A stretch of 59,042 nucleotides of DNA, filler included. It is 5 parts of 5 records of this genome, joined end to end, with 100 filler letters (N's around TTAATTAATTAA, not from the genome) between each part and the next. Parts side by side here need not be neighbours in the genome. Positions count along the whole stretch, not along the records: positions 44,494 to 50,546 come from SRR31147125_247; positions 50,647 to 59,042 come from SRR31147125_266; 3 more parts are not named here. The stretch is one strand, 5' to 3'. The position numbers were made by a program, and so were the translations under genes. The notes under the pieces are model-generated. The model was not told the origin of the DNA. It saw nothing but the letters and a program-made list of their open reading frames with translations, and ran no database searches. Of this stretch, positions 48,534 to 58,457 are shown in pieces. Positions within the stretch are counted from its first letter, which is position 1; each line of letters begins with the position of its first letter.

Positions 48534-49385
48534 ATGGATATGTACCATGAAATACAGAATATTAACACCAAACCAGAAGCCTTTGAGTTTTACACAGCTG
48601 AAGAACTCTGGAACAATCAATATACATCACAAAAGATGCTTGAGTGTCATCTCAATAAAGAGATTGATGTATCATCAAGAAACGCCGACTTTATTAGTTC
48701 CTCACTAGAGTGGATCATAGACAGGTTCAAGCTAAACCAGAACTCTAATGCATGTGACTTCGGCTGCGCAGTTGGGCATTACACCACTGGCTATGCTAAA
48801 ACAGGAGCCACAGTTACAGGGCTTGATTTTTCAAAGCGATCACTTGAATATGCTAATAAAAAAGCTGAAGAAAACTCTCATGCCATTACTTATAAGCATA
48901 TGAATTATCTTGATTTTTCAGCTGATAGTGAGTTTGATCTAATAAGTATGATAATGTGTGACTTTTGTGCACTAAGTCCTCAGCAGCGACAACAGCTACT
49001 CAAGATCTTCGTCAGATCTCTCAAAGATGATGGATATGTACTCCTTGATGTTTATTCTTTCAAGGCATTTGAACAGATTGCAGAAAAGGCAATATATGAG
49101 AGGAATCAGCTGGGTGGTTTCTGGTCTCCAAATGATTATTATGGGTTTCTAAATACCTTCAAATATGAAAAAGAGAAGGTAGGACTTGATAAATATACAC
49201 TTATCGAACCGGATAACATCCGAGTTGTCTATAACTGGCTACAATACTTCTCTGTTGAAACCCTAACTGCAGAATTTGCTGATAATGAGCTGGAGGTTGT
49301 TGAAGTTCTCGGCGATGTTGCTGGTTCAGCCTATAACCCTAACCTAAATGAGCTGGCAGTAGTTGCCCGTAAAGCTAAATGCTAG
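48534..49385 (+). CDS. Class I SAM-dependent methyltransferase
   Basis: AGGAG RBS; CDFGCAVG, GLDFSKRS, MNYLDF, CDFCALS, LKDDGYVLLDV. Confidence 0.9.
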   Translation: MDMYHEIQNINTKPEAFEFYTAEELWNNQYTSQKMLECHLNKEIDVSSRNADFISSSLEWIIDRFKLNQNSNACDFGCAVGHYTTGYAKTGATVTGLDFSKRSLEYANKKAEENSHAITYKHMNYLDFSADSEFDLISMIMCDFCALSPQQRQQLLKIFVRSLKDDGYVLLDVYSFKAFEQIAEKAIYERNQLGGFWSPNDYYGFLNTFKYEKEKVGLDKYTLIEPDNIRVVYNWLQYFSVETLTAEFADNELEVVEVLGDVAGSAYNPNLNELAVVARKAKC

Positions 49386-49458
49386 TTGATTTATTTGAAG
49401 TTTCCCATATATACTTCGAGTAAACTGATAGGCTGACAATTTCTTTGTAAGTGCAAAA

Positions 49459-49513
49459 GTCCTTCTAAGAGAGTGATTATATATAATTACTCTCTTATGA
49501 AGGGCATTTTTTT
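49459..49513 (+). terminator. Intrinsic terminator
   Basis: gtccttc-taagagagtgattat / ataattactctcttat-gaagggc long stem, followed by a T7 run. Confidence 0.75.
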
Positions 49514-49878
49514 ATGCATAAGACTATAAATTCTAACAGTTGCTCCACCAAGATTTATAATGTTGATTATTTTAAAAAAATGTATTACAATACTTAAGAA
49601 TTTTAAAAGCTAAAACAATTGATCGAAGCAAGACTCCATTGATTGCATTTGACGGAAAATTGCTGAAAACTATTTTAGTACACGGATTATTCCCGAGAAC
49701 CTTTGCAGAAAGTACTTGAGAAACATATTTTCTCCCTTTGATTAGACTTAATAGCAAAATATATTCTCAAATAATCACAATTACTCAGCACCTGTTTTAA
49801 TACTCTTAATAAAACTAAACTCAATAATCTATGTTATTTATCTTGTCATGAACCTACAATAAAGAAAAAGGAAATTAC

Positions 49879-50546
49879 ATGAACACAATTCTTACTTTGA
49901 TTCTTGTACTTATATTATGTTCATTCGGAACCTCAGCAGTTGCAGCTACGATTCAATCAGAGGCAATTGTTTCTACTGATAAAACTGTACCTTCTAAATT
50001 AATTGTAGATACCGATCTTGGCTGGGACGATGTACTCTCTATTCTATATTTACTGAAGAGACCGGATGTAGATATTGCTGGCATTACAGTTACTGGCTGT
50101 GGAGAGGTCAATCTCCGCTGGGGGAGAGTTATTGCTCCAACGTTGATGAAGCTTGGAGGTAGAACCGAAGTACCAGTAAGCCTTGGTTCAGAAGAACCGC
50201 TGAAATATAAGCATGTTTTTCCTCAACCATTCAGAAATATTCAGAACGGCGTTCTTGGACTCCTTGGCAGTCTTACTCCTCCTGAGACGATGAACATCGA
50301 CAGGCGGTCAGCATGGCAGTTTCTCTCAGAGACTATCAACGAAGCAGACAAGCCAATAAGAATTCTCTCGCTCGGTGGCTTCACCAATCTTGCCAGAATG
50401 CTTCAGGAATATCCTGAGACAAATCTTGAAAATATTGAAATGATCTATGCCATGGCAGGAGCCGTTTTTGTAGATGGAAATATTGCAGCATTAAACAATG
50501 CAAAAAAAGATTGGGATCAGGGTGAGGTATATTCTACAAATCATTG
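49879..50546 (+). CDS. Nucleoside hydrolase (IU-NH family) with signal peptide, truncated at contig end
   Basis: IVDTDLGWDD (DxDxGxDD Ca-binding motif), GITVTGCGE, LGGFTNLA, MAGAVFVDGN. Confidence 0.88.
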
Positions 50547-50646
50547 NNNNNNNNNNNNNNNNNNNNNNNNNNNNNNNNNNNNNNNNNNNNTTAATTAATT
50601 AANNNNNNNNNNNNNNNNNNNNNNNNNNNNNNNNNNNNNNNNNNNN
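50547..50646. other. Artificial contig linker
   Basis: N-run, TTAATTAATTAA, N-run. Confidence 0.99.
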
Positions 50647-50978
50647 AAAGGAGCGTAAAGTAAAAGGCCATTTGCCCAGGGACTCATGCCGGTCAGTAAT
50701 GCCGCCCTGGCAGGAAGACATGAGGGTGTAGATGTATACGCTCTTTTAAAAAAGACGCCTTCTTTTGCAAGTCGATCCAGGTTCGGGGTATGGATCCAGG
50801 GTGACCCGGCAGCGCCAATACAATCAGCCCGGAATTGATCCGGAAAAATAAGCAGGATGTTGGATCGTTTTGATGCTTTATTTCGTAAACATCCGCTCCC
50901 CGCAGCAGAAATAGCAGTGGCAACGAGTGTTGATGTTTTGATAAAATCTCTACGCGATATGTTGGCGTTTTTTTTCAA
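50647..50978 (-). CDS. Cys-type sulfatase, Tat signal, truncated at contig end
   Basis: SRRDFIK; NILLIFPDQFR; TPNLDRLA; CLPARAALLTG. Confidence 0.9.
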
Positions 50979-51045
50979 AAGTCCCTCCTTATATGAAAAT
51001 GTATTTCGTTGCTAAAACCGATACTTCTGGCATTCGTTTTATAAA

Positions 51046-51141
51046 AACCTCCCGGAGGATTTTCTCGTTGAATTTTCCGGGGAGAAGCAAAGAAATCGGA
51101 ATTCTTGAAGGACCGACTTTTTTAAAATCCTCCGGGAGGTT
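51046..51141. repeat. Pair of 18-bp inverted REP-like palindromes
   Basis: aacctcccggaggatttt (51046-51063) and its exact reverse complement aaaatcctccgggaggtt (51124-51141). Confidence 0.7.
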
Positions 51142-51145
51142 GGGT

Positions 51146-52866
51146 TTATTCGTTATAGATCCACTTTGGCGGTTTTTCTGATGCTGGCATCTGTTTTAGA
51201 ATATGTTGTGCCATCATCCTGATTAATTCAGAATTGAACATGGGGCGCCAGCCATGGCCTTTCATAGGACGACCGTATTCAAACGATCCGTCATAGTATG
51301 GATCCCGGGTTCCTTCTAAAAAGTCTTCGAGTAAATAGACACCCAGGTTTAAAAACCAGTCATCCATGTCACCACAATAGAAACGCAGCTTGCCTGGCAG
51401 TTTGGGGCCCAGTGTAGACCAGTTCGTCTCCATATAGTGTCGAAGATCATAACCATTCTCTTTCATATATTCTGACACCGTATGGTCGATCTCACCGGTA
51501 ACAGCATCCCATAATGGTTTTGGGTAGCCGTCTTTACCGACAGGACCGAATGTGGCCTCCCAGATGGCCAGTTGCTGACCGGAGCGACGTTTACTACCCA
51601 GAACTCTTTCAAACCAGCTGACTTCCCTGATGGTGTTTTTCGGTTGCCCTTTGGTTGTGTGATGCATGGGTCGTTCTATGGTTCGCCACTCGCCTTCCTG
51701 TATTGTAAATGCGTTGTTATCCTGATAAATATTGATCAGGCCATACTGTCGAAAATCAACCTGATCCGGGTAAAATATCCATGCGCCGCCGAAAAAATCA
51801 GGATGAAATACCTGTAAGGCCAACGCCTCCCAGCCACCGGTTGAACCGCCGCTCAAAACGCGGGCATAGGGTTGACGAATGATTCGGAACTGATTTTCAA
51901 TATAGGGAATCAGTTCTGTTATTATGGCATCCCCATACGGACCATTGTTGGCTGAATTGACGGCATAGGAATCATCGTAATAGGGAGTAGGATGTTGAAA
52001 TGTAACACAAATCATGCGAGGAAAATTTTCTGAAATCCACTCCTGATAAAAATCATAACCGTCTTGTTTGTGATTCCTCTGGCGATCCAAACGTTCAGAC
52101 TCGTTTGTTAGTGGATTTTCTGTGCGAAAATTATGCGGTGCTCTCAGGTGGAAATGATCCTGAATATATTCCACCGGATAATAAATATCAGTATGCTTAT
52201 CGTAGCCTTTGGGAAGAAGCACGGTTGCGCCAAGATAAATGGGATATCCCCAAAACTTTGTGAGCAAATCACTCTTTATCTTGATCCTTTTAACCCATTT
52301 TGTGTCCTTTGGAACCTCTACTGGTGGAAGTACTTTGCTGAGGGAAAGGTTGCCCACATAACCTTTCTTTGGATCAAGATAGACCTGTTGCACATGACTT
52401 ACAAGGTTGCCCGGAGAGCGATTGAATTTTTGACCTTCCCATTGATCCATGTGTGCCCAAATGATAAAACCATCGGATCGATGAAATTCCGTATAGACGT
52501 TAAAAAGCGCTTGTATATAATATTCTCCGGCCGGGAGCTCCTGAAGGCTACGTAACGGATAGCCCAGCACACTGTCTGTTATGGCCACAGTTCCTCCGGG
52601 CTTGACATCACTAACGTCAACAGCAAACATAGGAGGTCCGTTTTCCAGCCGCCAATCTGAAGTCGTGGCTCCGGATCCTTTTTTGTCGTGATAATAAGGA
52701 ACAGCCGTCCGGTAAAGGATTGTTTGTCCGATTTGGCAGGAAAAACGATATCAAATTTTAATTGAGAGGTGTTTGATTGGGCATATGCTGTAAGAGAGGG
52801 AGCCAGACAATTGGATAAAGCAGTAAAAATAACGGTCAGTAAAGTAAAACGAATAACATTATTCAT
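51146..52866 (-). CDS. Secreted alpha/beta-hydrolase (putative esterase family), split by a frameshift near 52641-52646
   Basis: Signal peptide and FTGRLFL...EPR in the 95-aa ORF; one added base joins it through NGPPMFAVDV; GGSTGGW nucleophile motif; SANNGPYGDA; CGDMDDWFL. Confidence 0.85.
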
Positions 52867-53078
52867 TTAAATAGCCATTTCCTTATTCTTCAATTCATGA
52901 AATCTGTGGTTCCGTATCCATCATATCTTTACAAATACAAAAAGGGAATATCCACATATTCATATATCTTTGGTTATATTTAATTTTTAATGTGAATAAA
53001 TGAACAGGTGGCACGTTTTATTTTAATTGCCAAAATATAATTGCAATGGCCCGGTTATTTTGAGGAAACAGAGGGGCA

Positions 53079-53210
53079 ATGTCAATTAAAAAAGATACAA
53101 TCTTTGGGGAAAGCAAACAAGGAAATTTAAAAAATAATACCAGAGTAAGAGATGATGGAGAACGTTTTTATCTGAAAGTTATTGATGTGCACGTTAGAAA
53201 AGCCGAATAG
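53079..53210 (+). CDS. Possible 43-aa small ORF or gene remnant
   Basis: GAGGGG RBS; MSIKKDTIFGESKQGNLKNNTRVRDDGERFYLKVIDVHVRKAE*; no recognisable family. Confidence 0.25.
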   Translation: MSIKKDTIFGESKQGNLKNNTRVRDDGERFYLKVIDVHVRKAE

Positions 53211-53477
53211 GATAAAAGTGCATGGATTATCTGCATAGAGCTATTAGAAACATAATCCGGAATCAGTTCTAGGTTAAATATCTCATTCGTTTTAGCTTGT
53301 TTGTCGTTAATTTTACTCGGAAGGAATCTGTTACTTTGGGCTGATTTTTGGCAATGATTACTTGTTATCTTTTCCTTTGATTACCGAATTTGAATACATC
53401 CTTTAAACTTTATTGAAATTATATTGACTAATGAAATAAATCAATTATATTTAAGTAATAGCAAAAGGGGGAGTAAT

Positions 53478-53729
53478 ATGCCAACTATTTTATATGTGCA
53501 AGGCTGGAGATTTTTCTTTTACTCGAATGAGCGCAATGAACCGATTCATATTCATTGTCAAAAAGGCGATATGGAATGTAAATATTGGATAGATGTGGAA
53601 TTTTTTGATTTGGAAGAAGCTTATAGTTATAATATGAACAACAAGGACAAAAGAAAAGTTAAACAAATAATATACGAACATTTTGAAATCATAATAAATG
53701 AATGGATGAAATTTTTTAGTGGGCGATAA
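53478..53729 (+). CDS. DUF4160 domain protein (putative TA component)
   Basis: MPTILYVQGWRFFFYSNERNEPIHIHC...CKYWI...NEWMKFF; GGGGAG RBS; TTGACT-16 nt-TATATT promoter at 53424-53451. Confidence 0.88.
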   Translation: MPTILYVQGWRFFFYSNERNEPIHIHCQKGDMECKYWIDVEFFDLEEAYSYNMNNKDKRKVKQIIYEHFEIIINEWMKFFSGR

Positions 53730-53730
53730 T

Positions 53731-53990
53731 ATGAAAAAAAATATAATATTAAAAATATTTCTTTTATCAATGATAAAATGGTACTCTTTATTGATGAAAA
53801 AGAATTTGAATTTCATTTGTCAGAGATATCTGATAAATTAGTCAAGGCCAATCAAATGGAACGGGAAAAGGTTGAGATTTCACCATCAGGTTATGGCCTG
53901 CACTGGCCACTCATTGATGAGGATCTTTCCATAGATGGATTATTGGGGATAAAACACTCACCTAAAGGAAAGAAAAGAGTTACTATATAG
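53731..53990 (+). CDS. DUF2442 domain protein (partner of DUF4160), frameshift in the A8 run at 53734-53741
   Basis: EISPSGYGLHWPLIDEDLSIDGLL. The ATG 1 nt after the DUF4160 stop is in frame if one A is added. Confidence 0.85.
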
Positions 53991-54254
53991 AAACTTTTGG
54001 TACCTTATGCTGAAAACCGGCATTATGCGGATACACTTTCAATTTTCTTATCTTTTTTAAAGTTATTGTTTGTTTTAACAATGTGATTGACTATTCCGGT
54101 CGATCACATTTAAACGTATATAATTGATAATCCCTTCATATGCATAATCATGTCTCGCCCGGGGCAATATATTTTTAGCCAAATATCACTCCCACATACC
54201 ATAGACCTTGAGACAGTATTTTAAATATTTCCCAAATTTCTTTTACACAGATTA

Positions 54255-54294
54255 TTACTTGCAAAGTAACAGAATACAATTTATATTGGTAACA
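54255..54294 (+). promoter_or_regulatory. Promoter and probable operator of higA
   Basis: TTGCAA-17 nt-TATATT; inverted repeat ttactt-gca-aagtaa over the -35; gtaaca occurs twice. Confidence 0.5.
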
Positions 54295-54319
54295 ACTCGT
54301 AAAAATACATGGGTTTGTT

Positions 54320-54613
54320 ATGAAAATTAACAGAAAACCAACTCATCCTGGTGAAATTTTAAGAGAGGATGTTTTGAAACCTCTTGGCCTGACTGTTACA
54401 GAAGCTGCCAAAAGATTGGGCGTAACCAGGAAAACATTATCTTTATTACTGAATGGCAGATCTTCATTGAGTCCGAATATGGCGATACGTGTCGCAAAAG
54501 CAACAAATACCACACCGGAAAGCTGGTTAATTATGCAGGCAAAATGCGATTTATGGGATGCCGAAAAACATCCTGCTGATGTGGAACTGTTCGAGAACAA
54601 AGTGGCTGTTTAA
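54320..54613 (+). CDS. higA: HigA-family antitoxin (HTH), orphan
   Basis: PTHPGEILREDVLKPLGLTVTEAAKRLGVTRKTLS...MAIRVAKATNTTPESWLIMQAKCDLW. Confidence 0.92.
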   Translation: MKINRKPTHPGEILREDVLKPLGLTVTEAAKRLGVTRKTLSLLLNGRSSLSPNMAIRVAKATNTTPESWLIMQAKCDLWDAEKHPADVELFENKVAV

Positions 54614-54647
54614 TTACCCTGGATTTGGTTTAATAGCAGCAAAAATT

Positions 54648-54875
54648 ATAAAAAAAACATATAACATTAATAAGGTTTCTTTTGTCGATGATAAAATGAT
54701 ACTCGTTATTGATGAAAAAGAATATGAATTTCATTTGTCTGAAATATCTGGTAAATTAGTCAAAGCCAATCAGATTGAACGGGAAAAAGTCGAGATTTCA
54801 CCATCCGGTTATGGGCTGCACTGGCCACTCATCGATGAAGATCTCTGCATAGATGGGTTATTGGGGATAAAATAG
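54648..54875 (+). pseudogene. Second, degenerate DUF2442 copy
   Basis: About 90% nucleotide identity (hand count) to 53731..53954. ATA replaces the ATG start, and a TAG removes the basic C-terminal tail. Confidence 0.7.
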
Positions 54876-54891
54876 ACATTTCAATTCAAGG

Positions 54892-54905
54892 AACCTCCCG
54901 GAGGT
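54892..54905. repeat. Third copy of the REP-like palindrome core
   Basis: aacctcccggaggt; the first 13 nt are identical to the 51046 element. Confidence 0.55.
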
Positions 54906-55033
54906 AGATCTCGTTACCAGTATTCGGGAAAATTTATTTATTGTTAACATTTTGCATCTCTTGTTTTATTTAAATCACCTCTAGAAGGTTGTCTGACCAC
55001 AGCTACTTATGTCTGATATAAAGGGAAATACAG

Positions 55034-57322
55034 ATGAGTAATTATTGGAAATGTTTTCATTTAGCGCTTATTTTATCGTGTGTTTCGCTTTTCGCCGAGG
55101 AACAGCTCCCTGTCGGTTCAAATCCACCGGCAATAGAATTAGATTATTTTCCCAATCGTGTATACGCATTGGTGTGGCGCAACTGGAACCTGGTTGAACC
55201 GGCGCGAATCGCCAGGACGATTGGTGCAGAAGAAAAAGATATTTACGAGATCGCTGCCTCCATGGGGTTACCGCCGGCTGAGTCCATTCCATCAGATTAC
55301 CAAAAACGGATGTATATCACCGTACTGCGACGAAACTGGCATCTGCTGCCATATGATCAATTATTGATGTTGGTGGATATGTCGGCTGAGGAACTGGAAT
55401 TTTCCCTGAAAGAAGATGATTTTCTGTTTCACAAGTTTGGGCGTTTGAAACCTAATTGTGAGCCGCTATTGTACAAATTGCCGGATGAGAAGGAGAAGCA
55501 TCGCGCACGCGAGATAAAGGAACTTGTACAAAAACATTTCAAAGAAGCACTGACACGTCCTGCGGAACCACGATTTGCTTTTGTAGAAAAACTCTGTTCC
55601 CTGGAAAATCTACCGGAAAAACCGGTGACGCAACGATCTGATGAAAACGGATTGCGATTTATCTACTCCTATTTTGGCGTTTTTGGTGATCCGCTTATAA
55701 ACACGGAATTGGATCCCTATCCTGAGGGATTGCTGTCCAGATTAGCGGCGCACGGGATCAACGGAATCTGGATGCATGTGGTTTTGAATCAGCTGGCGCC
55801 CGGGGGTATGGATTTTCCGGAATTTGGTGCCAGACATCAGGAACGTCTTGCCAACTTGCGGTCCATTGTCCAACGCGCGAAAAAATACGGTATCCACGTG
55901 TATTTATACATGAATGAACCGCGTGCTATGCCGCCGTCTTTTTTTGATAACCGGCAGGAGATGGTCGGTGTTCGCAAAGGCGATTTTTGGACCATATGCA
56001 CCAGCAATAAAAAGGTACTGGAGTGGATGAGTCATTCGTTAACAGATATTTTCCGAAAAGTACCGGATCTGGGTGGTGTGTTTACCATTACAGCTTCTGA
56101 AAATCTCACCAGTTGTGCCTCGCATGGCAAGCAAAAAGAATGTCCGCGCTGCAGCCAGCGTGATTATGCGGATATTATTGCCGAGGTCAACAAGGCGATT
56201 GCAGATGGTGTGCACAGGGGAAATCCAAATGCCAAAGTGATTGTATGGGACTGGGGATGGCACGGACACGGCGACGCTCCGGATGTCATTGCCAAATTAC
56301 CTGAATCCGTATGGTTTATGTCTGTGAGCGAATGGGCCAAAACGATTAACAGGGGCGGAGTTGAGACAAAGGTAGGCGAGTATTCCATATCTGCGGTTGG
56401 CCCGGGTCCCCGCGCCCAACGCCACTGGGCATTGGCAAAAGAGGCTGGATTAAAAACGGTTGCCAAAGTGCAGTTCAACAACACCTGGGAATTGTCTGCG
56501 ATACCCTGGCTACCGACACTGGATCTTGTGGCACAACATGCCGCAAATCTGGCTAAAACCGATATAAACGGTGTTATGCTCAGTTGGTCGCTTGGGGGAT
56601 ATCCGTCGCCGAATTTAGAAATTGCGCATCAGTTCGCCCAAAATCCTGATGCGAATCCGAAAACCGTGCTGGATTCTCTGGCTATCAGACGCTATGGAGA
56701 AAAGGCAGCACCCTTTGCGCGCAAAGCCTGGACAGCCTTTAGTCGTGCCTTTCAGGAGTTTCCGTATAATGGTGGCGTGCTTTATAATGCACCACAGCAA
56801 TACGGTCCGGCTAATCTCTTGTATGCAAAATCAAGTGGCTATTCTGCGACCATGGTTTGCTTTCCTTATGATGATCTGGATGGCTGGCGCGGTCCTTATC
56901 CGCGAGACGTTTTTGTTTCCCAGTTTGATAAAGTCGCAAAGGGATGGAAGGAGGGTCTTGATATTTTTGAAAAGGTTGTAGCACTGGCAAATCCTGAAAT
57001 GCAGGAGATCGCTCAAACGGATTTATATATAGCCAAAGCAGCTTACCTGCATTTTGCCTCTGTTGCCAATCAGGGTCGTTTTGTAATGGCCCGAGATGAT
57101 TTTTTACAAAAGAATCGGTCTGGTTCGAAGAAAGGTGATTTGAGAAATCAAATAAACTCCATTCTCGATAACGAAATCAGCCTCGCCAAAGAGTTGTTTG
57201 ATATAACACGTAGGGATTCCCGTATCGGCTTTGAGGCGTCCAATCAGTATTATTATGTGCCGCAGGATTTGATGGAAAAGGTGATTAATTGTGAGTTTGT
57301 GAGGGATTGTTTGGTGCGATAG
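55034..57322 (+). CDS. Large secreted hypothetical protein, possible GH-like TIM barrel
   Basis: 762 aa; signal peptide; GINGIWMH, YGIHVYLYMNEPR, VPDLGGVFTITASENLTSCASH, CPRC, VIVWDWGW, DSRIGFEASNQYYY. Confidence 0.8.
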   Translation: MSNYWKCFHLALILSCVSLFAEEQLPVGSNPPAIELDYFPNRVYALVWRNWNLVEPARIARTIGAEEKDIYEIAASMGLPPAESIPSDYQKRMYITVLRRNWHLLPYDQLLMLVDMSAEELEFSLKEDDFLFHKFGRLKPNCEPLLYKLPDEKEKHRAREIKELVQKHFKEALTRPAEPRFAFVEKLCSLENLPEKPVTQRSDENGLRFIYSYFGVFGDPLINTELDPYPEGLLSRLAAHGINGIWMHVVLNQLAPGGMDFPEFGARHQERLANLRSIVQRAKKYGIHVYLYMNEPRAMPPSFFDNRQEMVGVRKGDFWTICTSNKKVLEWMSHSLTDIFRKVPDLGGVFTITASENLTSCASHGKQKECPRCSQRDYADIIAEVNKAIADGVHRGNPNAKVIVWDWGWHGHGDAPDVIAKLPESVWFMSVSEWAKTINRGGVETKVGEYSISAVGPGPRAQRHWALAKEAGLKTVAKVQFNNTWELSAIPWLPTLDLVAQHAANLAKTDINGVMLSWSLGGYPSPNLEIAHQFAQNPDANPKTVLDSLAIRRYGEKAAPFARKAWTAFSRAFQEFPYNGGVLYNAPQQYGPANLLYAKSSGYSATMVCFPYDDLDGWRGPYPRDVFVSQFDKVAKGWKEGLDIFEKVVALANPEMQEIAQTDLYIAKAAYLHFASVANQGRFVMARDDFLQKNRSGSKKGDLRNQINSILDNEISLAKELFDITRRDSRIGFEASNQYYYVPQDLMEKVINCEFVRDCLVR

Positions 57323-57863
57323 GATTTAGTGGTTATATTATTATATTCCATCACTTGTGATATATTTTGAGATTGTTTACAAATTTACGGTATATTGAGA
57401 ATGAGGATTAAATGCATAAAAAATAATTCGATAAAAATCAGTATGGTTTACGGAGAGATACTTTACTAGCAAGAGTATTTTAGATAAAAAAGATATACAG
57501 GTTAATAAGGTAGAAAAAGGGAAGTGTAAATTTCTATTAAGGTTAAAAAATAAGGTGAAAAACAATGTATAGATTTTTTCTCAGGCTATAATTTGGTGGT
57601 TTTGCTGACCCGTTTCGTGGTGGCCACATCAAGCGGATAAAAGTGTATTTTTTTCTTTAATTCGGAGCCAGTTTTAAATATGTTTTAATAAAAATGACAG
57701 ACAGCACAGCAGTTGAATTATTCCCTGTGAACAGGTTGAATTTTTAAAACCTTATTTTTTGCTCTTGTACCTTAATAGAATCGATGTCCCCAAAAAACAT
57801 AAACCTTATTGGCTTATTAAAAAGCAAATAACGATGGGTAGCACCCGCGTTATCGGAGGCAAA

Positions 57864-58373
57864 ATGAACACCGATTTTGAAATTATCGAAAAAGAAATTG
57901 GGCATGTCATTGAAATTGAAGAAAAATCATCCGTCTTGAAAATGCCCTCCATAATGGGACGGGATTTTAAAAAGATATTTGAATATCTGAAATCTCAAAA
58001 GGCCGAGTGTGTTGAGGCTCCGTATGCCCGGTATCTGGATGTGGATTGGGATGCGCAAATAAGCAAAAGCAAATTCTCGAATTTTTTTGATATCTTTATG
58101 AAAAAGTGGCATTTTCAGGTAGGAGTGCCCACATCCCTGAAACTGGATGGAGAGGAAAACCTCACATCACGGGAGTTAGGGAAAAGCCGGTATGTAAAAG
58201 TGACTCATCTGGGACCTTACCAAAAAGTGGGCAAAACGTATGAAAGCATGTACAAATGGATAAAAAATCAGGGATTGACCGCCAAAAGTGAATCGATCGA
58301 ATTTTACCTGAATGATCCGCGTACGGTAAAAAAGGAATTAATCGAAACATTGGTATTAATCCCGTTAGAATGA
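57864..58373 (+). CDS. GyrI-like small-molecule-binding protein
   Basis: GGAGG RBS before MNTDF; APYARY, THLGPYQKVGKTY, IEFYLNDP, ETLVLIP. Confidence 0.85.
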   Translation: MNTDFEIIEKEIGHVIEIEEKSSVLKMPSIMGRDFKKIFEYLKSQKAECVEAPYARYLDVDWDAQISKSKFSNFFDIFMKKWHFQVGVPTSLKLDGEENLTSRELGKSRYVKVTHLGPYQKVGKTYESMYKWIKNQGLTAKSESIEFYLNDPRTVKKELIETLVLIPLE

Positions 58374-58457
58374 TCTTGCCGGATTTTCTTGTCAGGAATC
58401 GTGTCTATCTGCTATAGTACCTATTAAAATAAATTCTCACTACAAAGGAGTTTTATC

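Noticed and set aside
54558..54875. 105-aa ORF-track call overlapping higA
   Set aside because: The first 30 codons overlap higA and intergenic DNA. Similarity to the first DUF2442 copy starts only at 54648.
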